A DNA stretch of 64,000 nt, from positions 24,373 through 88,372 of the forward strand of contig JBAXFJ010000002.1 in assembly GCA_037139975.1 (NCBI GenBank), given 5' to 3'. Of this stretch, positions 8,754 through 18,734 are shown in pieces. How positions within the stretch are numbered: the stretch's first letter is position 1; every line of letters starts with the position of its first letter. The notes beneath the pieces were generated by a model. The model was not told where the DNA came from. It saw only the letters and a list, made by a program, of their open reading frames with translations, and searched no databases. A program made the translations under genes and the position numbers. The stretch is from a bacterium. GTDB lineage: Bacteria; Patescibacteriota; Minisyncoccia; Phycocordibacterales; SBAW01.

Positions 8754-9792
8754 TACTGGACGGAGACACGTCTCGCTGTATCGCGCATATCGCCCTGCTA
8801 GTTTTAACGATGTTCTCGGACAGGAACACATTACCTCAGTGTTGCGTGCTGCGGTCGAACAAAAAAAACTCGCCCACGCCTACCTCTTTGCAGGTGGGCG
8901 TGGGACAGGCAAGACCTCGATGGCGCGCATTTTGGCGCGTGCTGTGGGGACGAGCGAAAATGATATCTACGAGATGGACGCAGCCAGTAATCGCGGCATC
9001 GAAGAGATCCGTGAGCTGCGTGAAGGCGTCTCAACGCTCCCGTTTGAATCGACCTATAAGTTCTACATCCTCGACGAGGCACATGCGCTGACGCCCCAAG
9101 CGTGGCAGGCGTTACTCAAGACGCTCGAAGAACCGCCCAGCCATGTGGTGTTTGTGCTTGCCACCACCGAGCTCGACAAGGTGCCCGACACCATAGTCTC
9201 GCGTTGCCAGACTTTTAGCTTTAAAAAGCCCTCGCACGAGGTTCTCAAGGCGCTGGCGCTCGACGTTGCCAAGAAAGAAGGCGCCAAGCTGGCGCCGGCT
9301 GGGGCTGAGCTCATCGCGTTGATGGGTGACGGCTCGTTTCGCGACACGCTCGGGATCTTGCAGAAGGTGCTCACCCTTTCAAAAGACTCGTTGTTGACCG
9401 AAACAGAGGTTGCCACTGTGGTGGGTGCACCATCGTCACAGCTCGTCAACGACTTTTTGCATGCGCTTGCCCAGAAAGATGTCGGCGGCGCTGTTTCTGT
9501 TTTTCATGTGGCGCTCGCGGGTGGCGCCGAGGCAAAGGTGTTTTGTTTGCTAGCGACCACGCGGGTGCGCAGCGTGTTGCTCCTGCGTTTTGCCCCCGAT
9601 ATGAAAAAAGAGTTGCAAACAAACATGAATGAAAACGACTTCGAACTTCTCTTGCGCCTCGCAGGCCCCGAAGGGGCTGCCATCAACTCGAGTGTACTCG
9701 CCGAGCTCATCACTGCACTCCTCGAGACGTCTCGCGCGCCGCTTCCCGCCGTCCCGCTCGAGCTGGCGCTCTATCGCGCGTTTGGGGCATAA
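8722..9792 (+). CDS. dnaX: DNA polymerase III subunit gamma/tau (short form)
   Basis: YRPASFNDVLGQEHI, Walker A GGRGTGKTS, ILDEAHAL, sensor TTELDKVPDTIVSRCQ. Confidence 0.8.
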   Translation: MAKQPQKPEDNTGRRHVSLYRAYRPASFNDVLGQEHITSVLRAAVEQKKLAHAYLFAGGRGTGKTSMARILARAVGTSENDIYEMDAASNRGIEEIRELREGVSTLPFESTYKFYILDEAHALTPQAWQALLKTLEEPPSHVVFVLATTELDKVPDTIVSRCQTFSFKKPSHEVLKALALDVAKKEGAKLAPAGAELIALMGDGSFRDTLGILQKVLTLSKDSLLTETEVATVVGAPSSQLVNDFLHALAQKDVGGAVSVFHVALAGGAEAKVFCLLATTRVRSVLLLRFAPDMKKELQTNMNENDFELLLRLAGPEGAAINSSVLAELITALLETSRAPLPAVPLELALYRAFGA

Positions 9793-9794
9793 AC

Positions 9795-10460
9795 CTAAAA
9801 CTTCTTTTTCAAAAAACTCTTGGCCACGGCGACCCCGATGGTGGTGCCGATGATTGCCCCTGCAAGCGAGTCTGAAAACCAGTGAATGCTGACCGAGACG
9901 GCAAAGGCGATATAGACAATATACAAAAGCAGGATAATACATAAAAACTTTTTCTCGGCATACAAAAGCAGCAGCGCAACCATGCCCGCGCAGGCAACCG
10001 CGGCGTGTGACGAAGGCCAGCCCCAAAAGATCCCGTGCTGCCAAAAGCCAAAGTGGAATTGGTGGCTGATGTCGACCGTGGGAAGGTGCGAGTAGTAGGG
10101 TGTAAAGTATGGCTGGATTCTGCCGGTGAAGGCTTTGTAGGTTGATGAGACGAGCCACGCGATGATGCCGGCTTGCGCCACCGCAGTGCCCGCGCGCTGC
10201 ATGCGTGCGTCTTTGCGCAATGTGCCTATTAGGTAGAGCGCCGCAGGCAAGATGATGGGGACAAAGAAGCCCAGAATACTTGCTGGCAGTGTCGCTGCAA
10301 ACAGCAGGCTCGAGCGTGTGTGTTCAAAATATAGCCAGTCAAAACCCGAGGTGACGCACGCATAGGTGAGCGCTATTGCGAGCGCGTGCCATAGCAGATT
10401 GCGATCACGAAAACAATCGAGAATAGTTTGCGGAAGTTTGTGGAGGAATGATCGGAACAT
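9795..10460 (-). CDS. PAP2-family membrane phosphatase
   Basis: PAP2 motifs YKAFTGRIQP (KxxxxxxRP), WPSSHAA (PSGH) and SVSIHWFSDSLAG (SRxxxxxHxxxD), with 5-6 TM helices. Confidence 0.7.
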   Translation of the reverse strand: MFRSFLHKLPQTILDCFRDRNLLWHALAIALTYACVTSGFDWLYFEHTRSSLLFAATLPASILGFFVPIILPAALYLIGTLRKDARMQRAGTAVAQAGIIAWLVSSTYKAFTGRIQPYFTPYYSHLPTVDISHQFHFGFWQHGIFWGWPSSHAAVACAGMVALLLLYAEKKFLCIILLLYIVYIAFAVSVSIHWFSDSLAGAIIGTTIGVAVAKSFLKKKF

Positions 10461-10461
10461 A

Positions 10462-11100
10462 TTAAAACTCTGCTTTGTCGCCTGTGCACATGCTCGTAAA
10501 TTCGATACCGTGTTGCCCCAGAATTGTTTTGGGGAGATTGTGTACGAACCCGGTAAAAGCTCCTTTGAGCATCGCGTCGTGTACAGGGAATGCTTTTTTA
10601 GGTTTTACCGCCAGCGCATAGCGGATGGCGTCGGCGAGCTTGCACCACGGCCCAGCAACGGGCAGCGCGAGTATTCCAACTTCTTTACCGGGCAGGTGGA
10701 AGGCGTCGCCCGGGTAGAAGAGTGAGTCGATAAAGTACCCGGTGTTTTGCACTTGGCCGATTTCTTCAAAAATTTCTTCGTGCTTTCCATCGGACGCCTC
10801 AAAATGCACGCCCTGTATGCTCGTGCTGCTCGTGTCTTCAAGTAGGGTATAAGGGATTTTAAACACATCGAGTTGTGCGCCCACACCCGAGTTGGTGATG
10901 ACTTGTGCCTTCGGATTATTTTTTAGAATTTCTTGCACCGACTCGACGTGAAAGTGGTCGCCGTGCTCGTGGGTGATCAGCACCACGTCAATCCCGGTGA
11001 GACTATTTTGCTCGTCCGAAAAGCTTCCCGGGTCGGTCAAAACAGTCAGCCCGTTTGTCTGTAGTACTAAACAGCAGTGCCCGATCTTTTTAATTTTCAT
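10462..11100 (-). CDS. MBL-fold metallo-hydrolase
   Basis: LITHEHGDHFHV (HxHxDH). Start moved to MKIKKIGHCC to avoid overlapping dgkA. Confidence 0.7.
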   Translation of the reverse strand: MKIKKIGHCCLVLQTNGLTVLTDPGSFSDEQNSLTGIDVVLITHEHGDHFHVESVQEILKNNPKAQVITNSGVGAQLDVFKIPYTLLEDTSSTSIQGVHFEASDGKHEEIFEEIGQVQNTGYFIDSLFYPGDAFHLPGKEVGILALPVAGPWCKLADAIRYALAVKPKKAFPVHDAMLKGAFTGFVHNLPKTILGQHGIEFTSMCTGDKAEF

Positions 11101-11104
11101 GAGG

Positions 11105-11572
11105 TTATTGTAGCAATAAGGACGCGATGTGTGGATAGAACACAAATATACCGATGATGAACGCAGTGATGGCACAGATGAGCACTGCTCCTGCGGCCAC
11201 GTCCTTGGTGTCTCGGGCATAAGGGTGATACTCGGGCGAGGTGAGGTCGATGTCTATCTCAATTGCAGTATTGAATGCCTCGGCGGCCAGCACCAAGCCG
11301 CTGGCAAAGACAATCAGTACCCACTCGGCAAGGGTGATGTTGAAGTAGAAACCAAGTGTAATAGAAAATATAATAAGCGCGATGTGGATCCATGCATTGT
11401 GGGTACTGCGCAGCAAGATCCACACGCCTCGCCCCGCATGAGTAAAACTTTTCGCTCGCGCCACAATCGAAAATCGTTTATTTTCTGTAAGCTTTTTCAC
11501 TCCTTTAGTATACCAAGGTTTGAGTGTGCGGGGAGGCAGGAGCTGCCTGCGACAAAGCCGGTGGTCCAGCAC
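11105..11572 (-). CDS. dgkA: diacylglycerol/undecaprenol kinase DgkA family
   Basis: LVLAAEAFNTAIEIDIDL...ARDTKDVAAGAVLI matches the DgkA core (E.lNSAIE...D.....aK.aKD.aAgAVl). The annotated start overlaps the upstream gene by 75 bp, so the true start may be downstream. Confidence 0.6.
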   Translation of the reverse strand: MLDHRLCRRQLLPPRTLKPWYTKGVKKLTENKRFSIVARAKSFTHAGRGVWILLRSTHNAWIHIALIIFSITLGFYFNITLAEWVLIVFASGLVLAAEAFNTAIEIDIDLTSPEYHPYARDTKDVAAGAVLICAITAFIIGIFVFYPHIASLLLQ

Positions 11573-12804
11573 AGCTGGAGCGAGTAGCCGCCCGAGGGGC
11601 GGTCGATGTTGAGCGTGTCGCCCACCAAAAACAGGTCGGGAACGAGGCGCGACTGCATGGTTTTGAAATCCACCTCTTCGAGGCTCACGCCGCCCGACGA
11701 CACCACCGCCTTGTCGGCGCCCAAGAGTCCCGAAACATGCAGCGGAAGTGCCTTGAGCAGTTGCACTAGCTTTGCTCGTTCAAACGTGCGCACGCTGTGG
11801 CTTGCAGTCTCGCCGTCTATTTTTGCAAGCTCGAGCAGTGAGGAAACAAGAGCTTTTGGTACACTTGTTCCAAGTCCAGCAAGAACATTTTTTATTTTCT
11901 TATTACTCTCAACTACGAGCAATTCCTGCAGTTTTTCACGCACCGCTTTGTGGTCGAGATGGGGAAATAAGTCGAGTGATAGGCTTACATCGCCATAGCC
12001 AAGCAGCTCGCCGATGTCGCGGCTCATGTTGAGGATTGTCGGGCCGCTTACGCCAAAATGGGTGAAGAGCAGCTTACCTTTTTGTACTTGCTGCTTTTTG
12101 CCGCCCTGTTCGAGGGTAATTTTAATGTCTGCAAGTGTGACACCGCCGAGCTTCTTGCTCCACGCGTCTTTCGTCGCCACCGGCACAAGCGCAGTACCGT
12201 TCTCCTCAACCGTGTGGCCGAGTTTTTGCAACCACTTGTATCCGTCGCCGGTTGAACCCGTCTCGGGGCGCGAGGTGCCGCCGGCCGCCACGACACACGC
12301 TTTGCTTTGCACCCGTTGGCCACTCTTCAGTTGTATGGAAAATCCGCCAGCTGGCGGAGCATCTGCGCGGGTGATCTGCACAACCGCGGCATCTGTTGTC
12401 ACCGTGACATCACCTTTTTGTATATATTCTACGAGCACATCCCACACCGACTGCGCGCTTTCGCTGGCGGGGAAGAGGCGTCCATCGTTCTCCTCTTTTG
12501 TCTCAAGGCCTCTTTTTTTAAAAAACTCAAGCGTCTCTTTGACGGCAAATTGTGAAAAAGCTGAAAAGAGAAATTGGTCGCTCTTTTTGTATTTTTTTAA
12601 AAGCGCACGCACGTCGGGTTTGTTGTTGGTGATGTTGCAGCGCCCGCCGCCGGTGATGAGCAGTTTTTTACCCAGGGTTTTGTTTTTTTCAAGCAGGAGC
12701 ACGCGCAGTCCGCGCTCAGCGGCTGTGCCTGCAGCCATCATGCCCGCGGGGCCTCCGCCCACCACGACCACGTCCCACACTTTTTCTTCTCGCCCGTTGT
12801 TCAT
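11497..12804 (-). CDS. NAD(P)/FAD-dependent oxidoreductase, HI0933/BaiN-like flavoprotein
   Basis: N-terminal VVVGGGPAGMMAA (GxGxxG) and the GGGRCNITN motif, characteristic of the HI0933 family. 435 aa. Confidence 0.75.
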   Translation of the reverse strand: MNNGREEKVWDVVVVGGGPAGMMAAGTAAERGLRVLLLEKNKTLGKKLLITGGGRCNITNNKPDVRALLKKYKKSDQFLFSAFSQFAVKETLEFFKKRGLETKEENDGRLFPASESAQSVWDVLVEYIQKGDVTVTTDAAVVQITRADAPPAGGFSIQLKSGQRVQSKACVVAAGGTSRPETGSTGDGYKWLQKLGHTVEENGTALVPVATKDAWSKKLGGVTLADIKITLEQGGKKQQVQKGKLLFTHFGVSGPTILNMSRDIGELLGYGDVSLSLDLFPHLDHKAVREKLQELLVVESNKKIKNVLAGLGTSVPKALVSSLLELAKIDGETASHSVRTFERAKLVQLLKALPLHVSGLLGADKAVVSSGGVSLEEVDFKTMQSRLVPDLFLVGDTLNIDRPSGGYSLQLCWTTGFVAGSSCLPAHSNLGILKE

Positions 12805-12843
12805 AGTAATCTGATTTGATGAGGTGGATGATGGCCCAAGTGT

Positions 12844-13245
12844 CTATCGTGAAAGGCCTTCCACCAGGCGCATGAGCGCGTCCAGCTTTTTGTTTATTGC
12901 GTCAATCTGTTGTGCGAGTTCGTTTGTATGTGTGGGCGTTGAGGTTGTTGGTCTTTGGTCTTGGTTTTTGCCGTATGGGGTGCGTGAGGGGTAGCTTGGC
13001 TTTCCAGAAAAACTTCGTTCTGATGTGTCGCGCGAGTTAAAGCAGTCACGACAAAATACTGGGCGCTCGCTGCTGGGGCGAAAGGGGACTTCACATGGTT
13101 TGTGGCACTGGCTGCACGTGGCAGAAAAGAGCTCGGCACGGGGTGACGCGCCGCGCGAACTATGTCCACCTGTGAAGCTTTTGTGTGCAAAGCGTGGGCG
13201 GTCGCCACCTGGTTTGAATCCTCCTGATTTTTTAAATGCTGACAT
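12844..13245 (-). CDS. hypothetical zinc-ribbon protein (CxxC-x17-CxxC) with C-terminal coiled-coil
   Basis: CSQCHKPCEVPFRPSSERPVFCRDCF, then a low-complexity linker, then the NELAQQIDAINKKLDALMRLVEGL helix. Confidence 0.4.
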   Translation of the reverse strand: MSAFKKSGGFKPGGDRPRFAHKSFTGGHSSRGASPRAELFSATCSQCHKPCEVPFRPSSERPVFCRDCFNSRDTSERSFSGKPSYPSRTPYGKNQDQRPTTSTPTHTNELAQQIDAINKKLDALMRLVEGLSR

Positions 13246-13332
13246 AATATAGCTTGTGGGTGGTTACGGGTAGGATTTGACTAACATTGATAAATATAGT
13301 CTTTTATGTTGTAAATAGCAAGTACAATTAAA

Positions 13333-13357
13333 AATACCGGCGCTTGGCCGGTATTTT
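13333..13357. terminator. bidirectional rho-independent terminator (downstream of the MFS gene)
   Basis: AAAA-ATACCGG-CGCTTGG-CCGGTAT-TTTT: 7-bp stem with A-run and T-run on opposite sides. Confidence 0.5.
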
Positions 13358-13567
13358 TAGGTTTGTTATTCAGCCGCTGGAGTCTCAGCTGTTTCTGCTT
13401 CAGAGGCAGTTGGTGTCTCTTCTGCGGCCTCGGCTGCTGGTTCAGCAACGGGCACGACGGGGGTTGTTTCATCCATAAAATGTTTGAAGGTGGATTATAG
13501 CACAACCAATAAATAACGACCGAACCGAGGCGTAACCGTGCCACAGATTTTAATTTATACCTATGGC

Positions 13568-15088
13568 TTATATCTCGAATGCTTCGCCACGGGCTTCGTC
13601 GCGACCTTGCTCATTCAGTGGTATGTCTTTCAAGAAAAGCGAGATGATAAAGGCTACTACAACAAAGGGGATAACCCACAAAAACACGTCTTGAAATGCA
13701 AGCGTAAAGGCTTCAAGTATTTTTGCTTGCAGGCCGGCAGGCAACGCATGTATTTGAGCGATGCCGCTTGAGCCGCCTTCGGTTTGCTGTGCGCCCGGCA
13801 GCAACGCTGCCAAGTGGGCCGAGAACCTGCTAGTGAGTAGTGCGCCAAAAATGGCAACACCAAACGAGCTGCCCATACTGCGGAAGAACGTCACCAGAGA
13901 AGTCGCAGTGCCCAGGTTGCGGCGGTCGGTGGCGTTTTGCACCGCGAGCGTCATCACCTGCATGAATGAGCCGACGCCCACGCCGACTACCAACATCCAC
14001 ACAGACAGCAACCACTGTGGCGTGTCGATCTGTACATGGCTGAGCAGAAAGAGTCCAAATGCTGTGGTGAGTGTGCCAAAGATGGGAAACAAACGATAGG
14101 AGCCGGTGCGCGAAATAATCCGACCAGATGAAATCGAGGCAACGAGCAGGCCAAAGATGAGCGGCAGCATGAGCAGTCCCGACTTGGTTGCCGAGTAGCC
14201 GCGCACGAGTTGTTGGTATTCAGGCAAGAAGATGATGGCAGCAAACATCGCCATCCCAGAGAAAAGTGCCAACAGCGACGACACACGAAAGACGTTGTTT
14301 TTGAAAAGCGCAGGCGGCATGATTGGCTCTTTTGCATATCTCTCCCACCACACAAAGAGGATGCCAAAGCTCGCGCCTACCGCGATGAGGCCATGTATCA
14401 GGGGAGAGCTCCACGGGTACAGCGAGCCGCCCCAGACAGAGAGCAGAAGTAGGGAAATTGCACTCACCGAGAGCAGCACGGCACCCAGGTAGTCGATGGA
14501 GTGTTCGGTGCGACGTACGGGCACGTGCAGGTAGAGGCTGATGGCTGTGAGCGCCACAAGACCGAGTGGAATGTTGATATAGAAGATCCAACGCCACGAG
14601 ACATGGTCGGTAAAGACGCCGCCCAGGAGTGGGCCGATGACGCTCGAGATGCCAAAAACGGCGCCAAAGAGGCCTTGATATTTGCCGCGTTCGCGCAAAG
14701 GGACCACATCGCCGATGCCCGCCAAAACCAAGGTGATGAGCCCACCAGCGCCAAGGCCTTGCACCCCGCGAAAGAGAATGAGTTGCAACATGCTCTGTGC
14801 TGCGCCAGCAAGTGCTGAACCGATGAGGAAGATGACGATGGCAACCGAGAGCACTTTTTTACGGCCAAACAGGTCGCTCAGTTTACCGTACAGTGGTGTG
14901 GTCACGGCGCTGGTCAGGAGGTAGGCGGTCACAACCCATGAGAGCTGGCTGAGACCATTAAACTCACTGGCGATTTTGGGCAGCGCGGTCGAGACGATTG
15001 TTTGGTCAAGTGCTGCAAGTAGGAGCACCAGCATCAAAGCACCCATCACGAGGACAATATTCTTTTTCTCGCTTGTGTGGGTGGGCAT
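13568..15088 (-). CDS. MFS transporter, DHA2 (EmrB/QacA) 14-TMS drug-efflux family
   Basis: 506 aa. Motif A-like [13 protein letters not shown], ~14 predicted TM helices, and a typical DHA2 N-terminus ([17 protein letters not shown]). Confidence 0.8.
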   Translation of the reverse strand: MPTHTSEKKNIVLVMGALMLVLLLAALDQTIVSTALPKIASEFNGLSQLSWVVTAYLLTSAVTTPLYGKLSDLFGRKKVLSVAIVIFLIGSALAGAAQSMLQLILFRGVQGLGAGGLITLVLAGIGDVVPLRERGKYQGLFGAVFGISSVIGPLLGGVFTDHVSWRWIFYINIPLGLVALTAISLYLHVPVRRTEHSIDYLGAVLLSVSAISLLLLSVWGGSLYPWSSPLIHGLIAVGASFGILFVWWERYAKEPIMPPALFKNNVFRVSSLLALFSGMAMFAAIIFLPEYQQLVRGYSATKSGLLMLPLIFGLLVASISSGRIISRTGSYRLFPIFGTLTTAFGLFLLSHVQIDTPQWLLSVWMLVVGVGVGSFMQVMTLAVQNATDRRNLGTATSLVTFFRSMGSSFGVAIFGALLTSRFSAHLAALLPGAQQTEGGSSGIAQIHALPAGLQAKILEAFTLAFQDVFLWVIPFVVVAFIISLFLKDIPLNEQGRDEARGEAFEI

Positions 15089-15456
15089 AATATTTACATA
15101 CTACCATATATGTGTCAGTTTAACAAACACAGATATGGTAAGGGCGGTCCCGTGGGACCGCCCTTGTTGGTGGCCAGACTAGTCTGGCGTGTTTTTTGGT
15201 TTGGCCGACCTTCAGCAGGTCGGCCTGGTACTCCCGAGAGCGAAATATTCCCAGGGGTTGAAGAAAAAGACTGGAGGTTTCCGCCGCATGCGACCCTCGT
15301 TTGTTTGTTGTGGTTGCGGAGTGGGCGAGAGTCTCTATAACCATTTCTTTTTTCAGGCTGGGCTACCAAAGAACTCTCACGTTCCACACTAGCACGAACA
15401 GGTTTATTGGCGCAACAAAAACCGCGGTGCTGTGAATTGTGTATAGAAAAATAAAA

Positions 15457-15480
15457 ACGACCACCGGTTAGAATGGTCGT
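15457..15480 (-). terminator. rho-independent terminator overlapping the methyltransferase stop codon
   Basis: On the minus strand: ACGACCA-loop-TGGTCGT then TTTTTATTTTTC. Confidence 0.55.
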
Positions 15481-16256
15481 TTGGTCGCTTTGACCGCAAG
15501 CCTGATGGCTGGGTACTTGCGGTAGTGTTCAGCGGACTTTTGGAATTCAAGCAGGTCGCTGGTGCTGAGGCCTTCGGGCGGTTCGGTGGGGAACGGGAGT
15601 TCCTCGACAAAGGTGACCTCAAAACCAGCTTGGCGCATTGCACCAACCGTTTGTTCAACGCTTCTGCGCCAGTTGTGGAGTGCGCCTCCCCACGGAGCTG
15701 TAGTGGTGAATTCCCCGTACCCTGTTACCAGGTTGCCGTTGAGGTCAGTCATTTTGTCTGGGTGGGTGACCACAAAGGCATACACGCCCTCTGGTTTCAG
15801 AGATGTGTAGACATTTGCGCAAACCTGCGCAAACTGCTCATCGGACAAGTGTTCGAACACCATGTGCGAGAATGCGACATCAAACAAACCTAAGCTCGCA
15901 ACAAGATGCGCATCGCTGATGTCGCCCACAACAAACCTGGCGCCGGGGATTCTAGTTTTTGCCATCTCCACCTGGTCAGGACTGATCTCGATGCCGGTGA
16001 CGTTGCTGGGCGCAACTCCACCAGGCACGAGCACCCCAGCCTCGACTCGGCCGCTTGCCGAACCCAGGTCCAAGAATGTTGTACTTGGGTGCAGGTGCGG
16101 CCCAAGGAGCCGCTCCATAGCGGACTTGCCGACATGTCGCCATGTGGGCAATCGGTCAGCTTCGCCAAAGGCTTGTGCGAAGTCGTCATACACATCACCC
16201 ATGTGGTCTTTGTGGGCTGTGTGTTTGGTCCTTGTGTCTGCGTGATCGTTTGGCAT
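15468..16256 (-). CDS. class I SAM-dependent methyltransferase
   Basis: LDLGSASGR (motif I) and GIEISPDQVEMAK...FVVGDISD. Start set at MPNDHADTR, preceded by AAGGAAG as a ribosome-binding site. Confidence 0.7.
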   Translation of the reverse strand: MPNDHADTRTKHTAHKDHMGDVYDDFAQAFGEADRLPTWRHVGKSAMERLLGPHLHPSTTFLDLGSASGRVEAGVLVPGGVAPSNVTGIEISPDQVEMAKTRIPGARFVVGDISDAHLVASLGLFDVAFSHMVFEHLSDEQFAQVCANVYTSLKPEGVYAFVVTHPDKMTDLNGNLVTGYGEFTTTAPWGGALHNWRRSVEQTVGAMRQAGFEVTFVEELPFPTEPPEGLSTSDLLEFQKSAEHYRKYPAIRLAVKATKRPF

Positions 16257-16360
16257 GCGAGTTACTTCCTTTAGAGAACCTCTCTCTGGTTGTTGAGTAT
16301 ACCCCAAACACGTTAAACCAAAAACCCGGCTTATTTGTCTGTCCAAAGCGCATGCAAAAA

Positions 16361-16376
16361 CCGCCCTCGTGGGCGG
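16361..16376 (-). terminator. rho-independent terminator after the secreted-protein gene
   Basis: On the minus strand: CCGCCC-ACGA-GGGCGG followed by TTTTTG. Confidence 0.55.
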
Positions 16377-16432
16377 CTGTGCGAGCACTTGCTGAGTGTC
16401 TAGTGCAAGTGGGAACAGAACAGATGAGATTA

Positions 16433-17296
16433 CTACGGCAATGTTTGAACTAAATAATTCGTGGTGTAGTACTCATTTACGGTATTCAGAGGAATCTTGG
16501 TTTGCACCAAGACTTGCACCTGGAGTCCTGGTGTGCTGGTGCTCATGTCGCCAACCATATCTAGTGCAGGCAAGGAATAGGTGTTCGCTGCAGTAATGGT
16601 AACTGGAGCGGTGTTGAATGCCTGTGCAGACGAGATTCGCATATTGTTCGCGACAGGCATAGTGTTTGAATCAGCCGCAAGCCAATCAGCAAATTTCATC
16701 GAGAGATCTGGTTCATTTGTTGGTACGGTTATGTTGAAGAGATAGCTCAATCCATCCGCATACGTATCATTAGCAACAGCACTGGTTTTCACTGGCGTGA
16801 TTGAGTCCACCTTGAGTGTACCTGCGCCGCTGGTGACCGTGCCACCTATGGTGCTGGTTGATGTAGCGTCCGGCGTGATGAAGTTCATAACCGCACCTCG
16901 ATACCACGCACCATCAACATTCGACCATGCTGCGAAGTAATACGTCGTATTTGGTGTGATGGGTAGAATGCCCATGACCGACGAAAGCGAAGCGGAGAAT
17001 GTGGTGTATGGAGCGATCACTCCAAGATCAGCTGTTGAGTAGACGCCAGTTGGGAGTTCTGGACCTTCAGTACTGAACGTGCTTGTTGAAACCCAGAATG
17101 AAGAATCGGACGTATACCCGTTGCCGTTAAAGGCGTTGAGTGTTGCGTCTGATGCGGTCACCCCAGTGGCAGCTTCGGTAGTAAGGGTAGGCGTTGCAGC
17201 ACTCGCCACAAGGGTGGATGACGCACTGAGTGCGAGCGCAGACAGCGTGAGTACGGAGAGGAACTTCCCAATGTTCACTGATATATTTTTTTGCAT
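16433..17296 (-). CDS. hypothetical secreted Thr/Ser-rich protein
   Basis: Signal peptide MQKNISVNIGKFLSVLTLSALALSASS. 287 aa, Thr/Ser-rich, and no catalytic motif recognised. Confidence 0.45.
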   Translation of the reverse strand: MQKNISVNIGKFLSVLTLSALALSASSTLVASAATPTLTTEAATGVTASDATLNAFNGNGYTSDSSFWVSTSTFSTEGPELPTGVYSTADLGVIAPYTTFSASLSSVMGILPITPNTTYYFAAWSNVDGAWYRGAVMNFITPDATSTSTIGGTVTSGAGTLKVDSITPVKTSAVANDTYADGLSYLFNITVPTNEPDLSMKFADWLAADSNTMPVANNMRISSAQAFNTAPVTITAANTYSLPALDMVGDMSTSTPGLQVQVLVQTKIPLNTVNEYYTTNYLVQTLP

Positions 17297-17405
17297 TGTA
17301 AATACTTATTGTTAGTAATTCCTACATACTTACAGAGGGATGCTGTAGGTCGAATGAGTTTTTATATAAAAAAGATTCACGAAAATATCATCCAGAACGA
17401 TATTG

Positions 17406-17433
17406 AAACTTTTTTGGGAAAAGAAAAAGCTGC
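17406..17433 (-). terminator. rho-independent terminator (minus strand)
   Basis: On the minus strand: GCTGCCC-CACACA-GGGCAGC followed by TTTTTCTTTT. Confidence 0.5.
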
Positions 17434-17559
17434 CCTGTGTGGGGCAGCGTGGTCAGCTTGAGAAGCTGAGGACCAGGTGCTATTTGATGATCGGTGGAAG
17501 CGGTCTCCCCAGATAGTTGCGACCTACACTGACCACCTTGTTGGATATGGGAGCATACA

Positions 17560-17772
17560 AAGGGAAATTATGACTATCAAACCACGGTAGCATCAGTGAT
17601 TTCTGTTGCTCGTCGGGCTAAGGCAATATTCGAAAGTTCTGAAGCGCACGAAAAACGAGCATTTCTCAACTATTTACTTCAGAACCCGACTGTATCGGGC
17701 AAAACCCTTGTATTTACAATGCGAAAACCCTTTGATGCAGTACTCGAAATAGCTAACTGTCCTCTCGGGCTG
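17560..17772 (+). pseudogene. remnant of a large-serine-recombinase 3' end (copy A1, ~70 codons)
   Basis: Encodes ...AKAIFESSEAHEKRAFLNYLLQNPTVSGKTLVFTMRKPFDAVLEIANCPLG, matching the C-terminus of the truncated recombinase at 19.5-19.7 kb. 17633-17772 is ~97% identical to 19603-19740 at DNA level. No upstream recombinase body. Confidence 0.6.
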
Positions 17773-17849
17773 CCGTCTGCGGACAAGTTCAGAATGGTCG
17801 ATTGGGCGCAGATAAGCAAGGAAATCAGTGTGTTTGGTTTGTTTGTATA

Positions 17850-17892
17850 AAAGAAAAAGCCGCCACTTCGTACGAGACGAAGCTTTGGCTTT
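17850..17892 (-). terminator. rho-independent terminator after the 177-aa hypothetical gene
   Basis: On the minus strand: hairpin GCCAAAGCTTCG-tctcgta-CGAAGTGGC followed by TTTTTCTTTT. Confidence 0.5.
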
Positions 17893-17923
17893 CGTCCCGC
17901 CGAGATGGCGGTGGTTGTTGGCA

Positions 17924-18457
17924 CTACCAGTCTGCTGTGCCAAATGCGGGCGATGCGTCATTTAGCCAATGGGTAACCTGGCTTTTTCCTGGACCCACCT
18001 CGTAGCTACTCGGATACAGGGCGAACTGTACCGGCGTCCCATTGGGCATCCGAGTTGTGGCCGTGTACCACATAAGGCCCGTGTCAGTATAGGTCGCCAC
18101 ACACGTGAACTCTGTGGTCAGGAGGTAGTGATTCAGGTGCGCCAATTGGTCTGTGACCCAACGCTTGCCTTCCCGACGCACGATGGGATCCATGGTGATC
18201 ATAGTGAGCTTAGGTCCTGCCCACTCCCAAGTTACGTTGGTGGCACGGCGATGTTTGCCTTTGAACCACAAATCCACCGTGCACATATCGAGTCCGGGAA
18301 TCTGAGTGAGGTCGCCGAGGCTTTTCGGCAGATCGCCGTTCGGCATCAGAATGAACGTGGGAAGCTGCTTTCCGCTCGTAACACCATTGTTTGAGGTCCC
18401 GACGACCTTCCCGCTACCGCCCGCGAGTATCCGGTTGTCTCTCTGAGGTCTGTTCAC
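17924..18457 (-). CDS. hypothetical protein (island cargo, unknown function)
   Basis: 177-aa ORF with no recognisable motif. It sits between the two recombinase remnants. Confidence 0.4.
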   Translation of the reverse strand: MNRPQRDNRILAGGSGKVVGTSNNGVTSGKQLPTFILMPNGDLPKSLGDLTQIPGLDMCTVDLWFKGKHRRATNVTWEWAGPKLTMITMDPIVRREGKRWVTDQLAHLNHYLLTTEFTCVATYTDTGLMWYTATTRMPNGTPVQFALYPSSYEVGPGKSQVTHWLNDASPAFGTADW

Positions 18458-18734
18458 TGGGTGACTCCTTGTCTGAGGAAGTAGAAGTAACTGCTGTCTC
18501 TTGTAAGATAATACAATGTAATGTGATAAATAGCAAGTAGACGTGATGTTTCAAGCAATGAAATGAGTGTGTTTGATTCGATATGTTCTACTTCTGCACG
18601 GACAGTTGGCAATCAGATGTTTCCTTGCCCGTATCGGTAGTTACCCTAAACCAAGTTCATCTCTTTCTGTTGCCAACTGCAGTTGCATTTCAAGTTCATC
18701 TATTACGATTTGTATAGACTCATGGACGGGATTT

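Noticed and set aside
12014-12814. 266-aa plus-strand ORF, and several other 60-130-aa ORFs, antisense to the HI0933-like oxidoreductase
   Set aside because: Lies entirely within and opposite a well-supported gene in GC-rich DNA. Low-complexity Ser/Pro/Ala-rich translation typical of a spurious antisense ORF.
13281-13544. 87-aa minus-strand ORF between the zinc-ribbon gene and the MFS gene
   Set aside because: It overlaps the strong bidirectional terminator hairpin and has a low-complexity Gln/Pro/Lys-rich translation. More likely intergenic.
18567-18734. First ~55 codons of ORF 18567..19796 as a genuine recombinase N-terminus
   Set aside because: The sequence (MCLIRYVLLLHGQLAIRCFL...) has no similarity to the resolvase catalytic domain of the intact paralogue. 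The AT-rich upstream region has stops in all frames. I treat it as read-through junk in front of a truncated gene.
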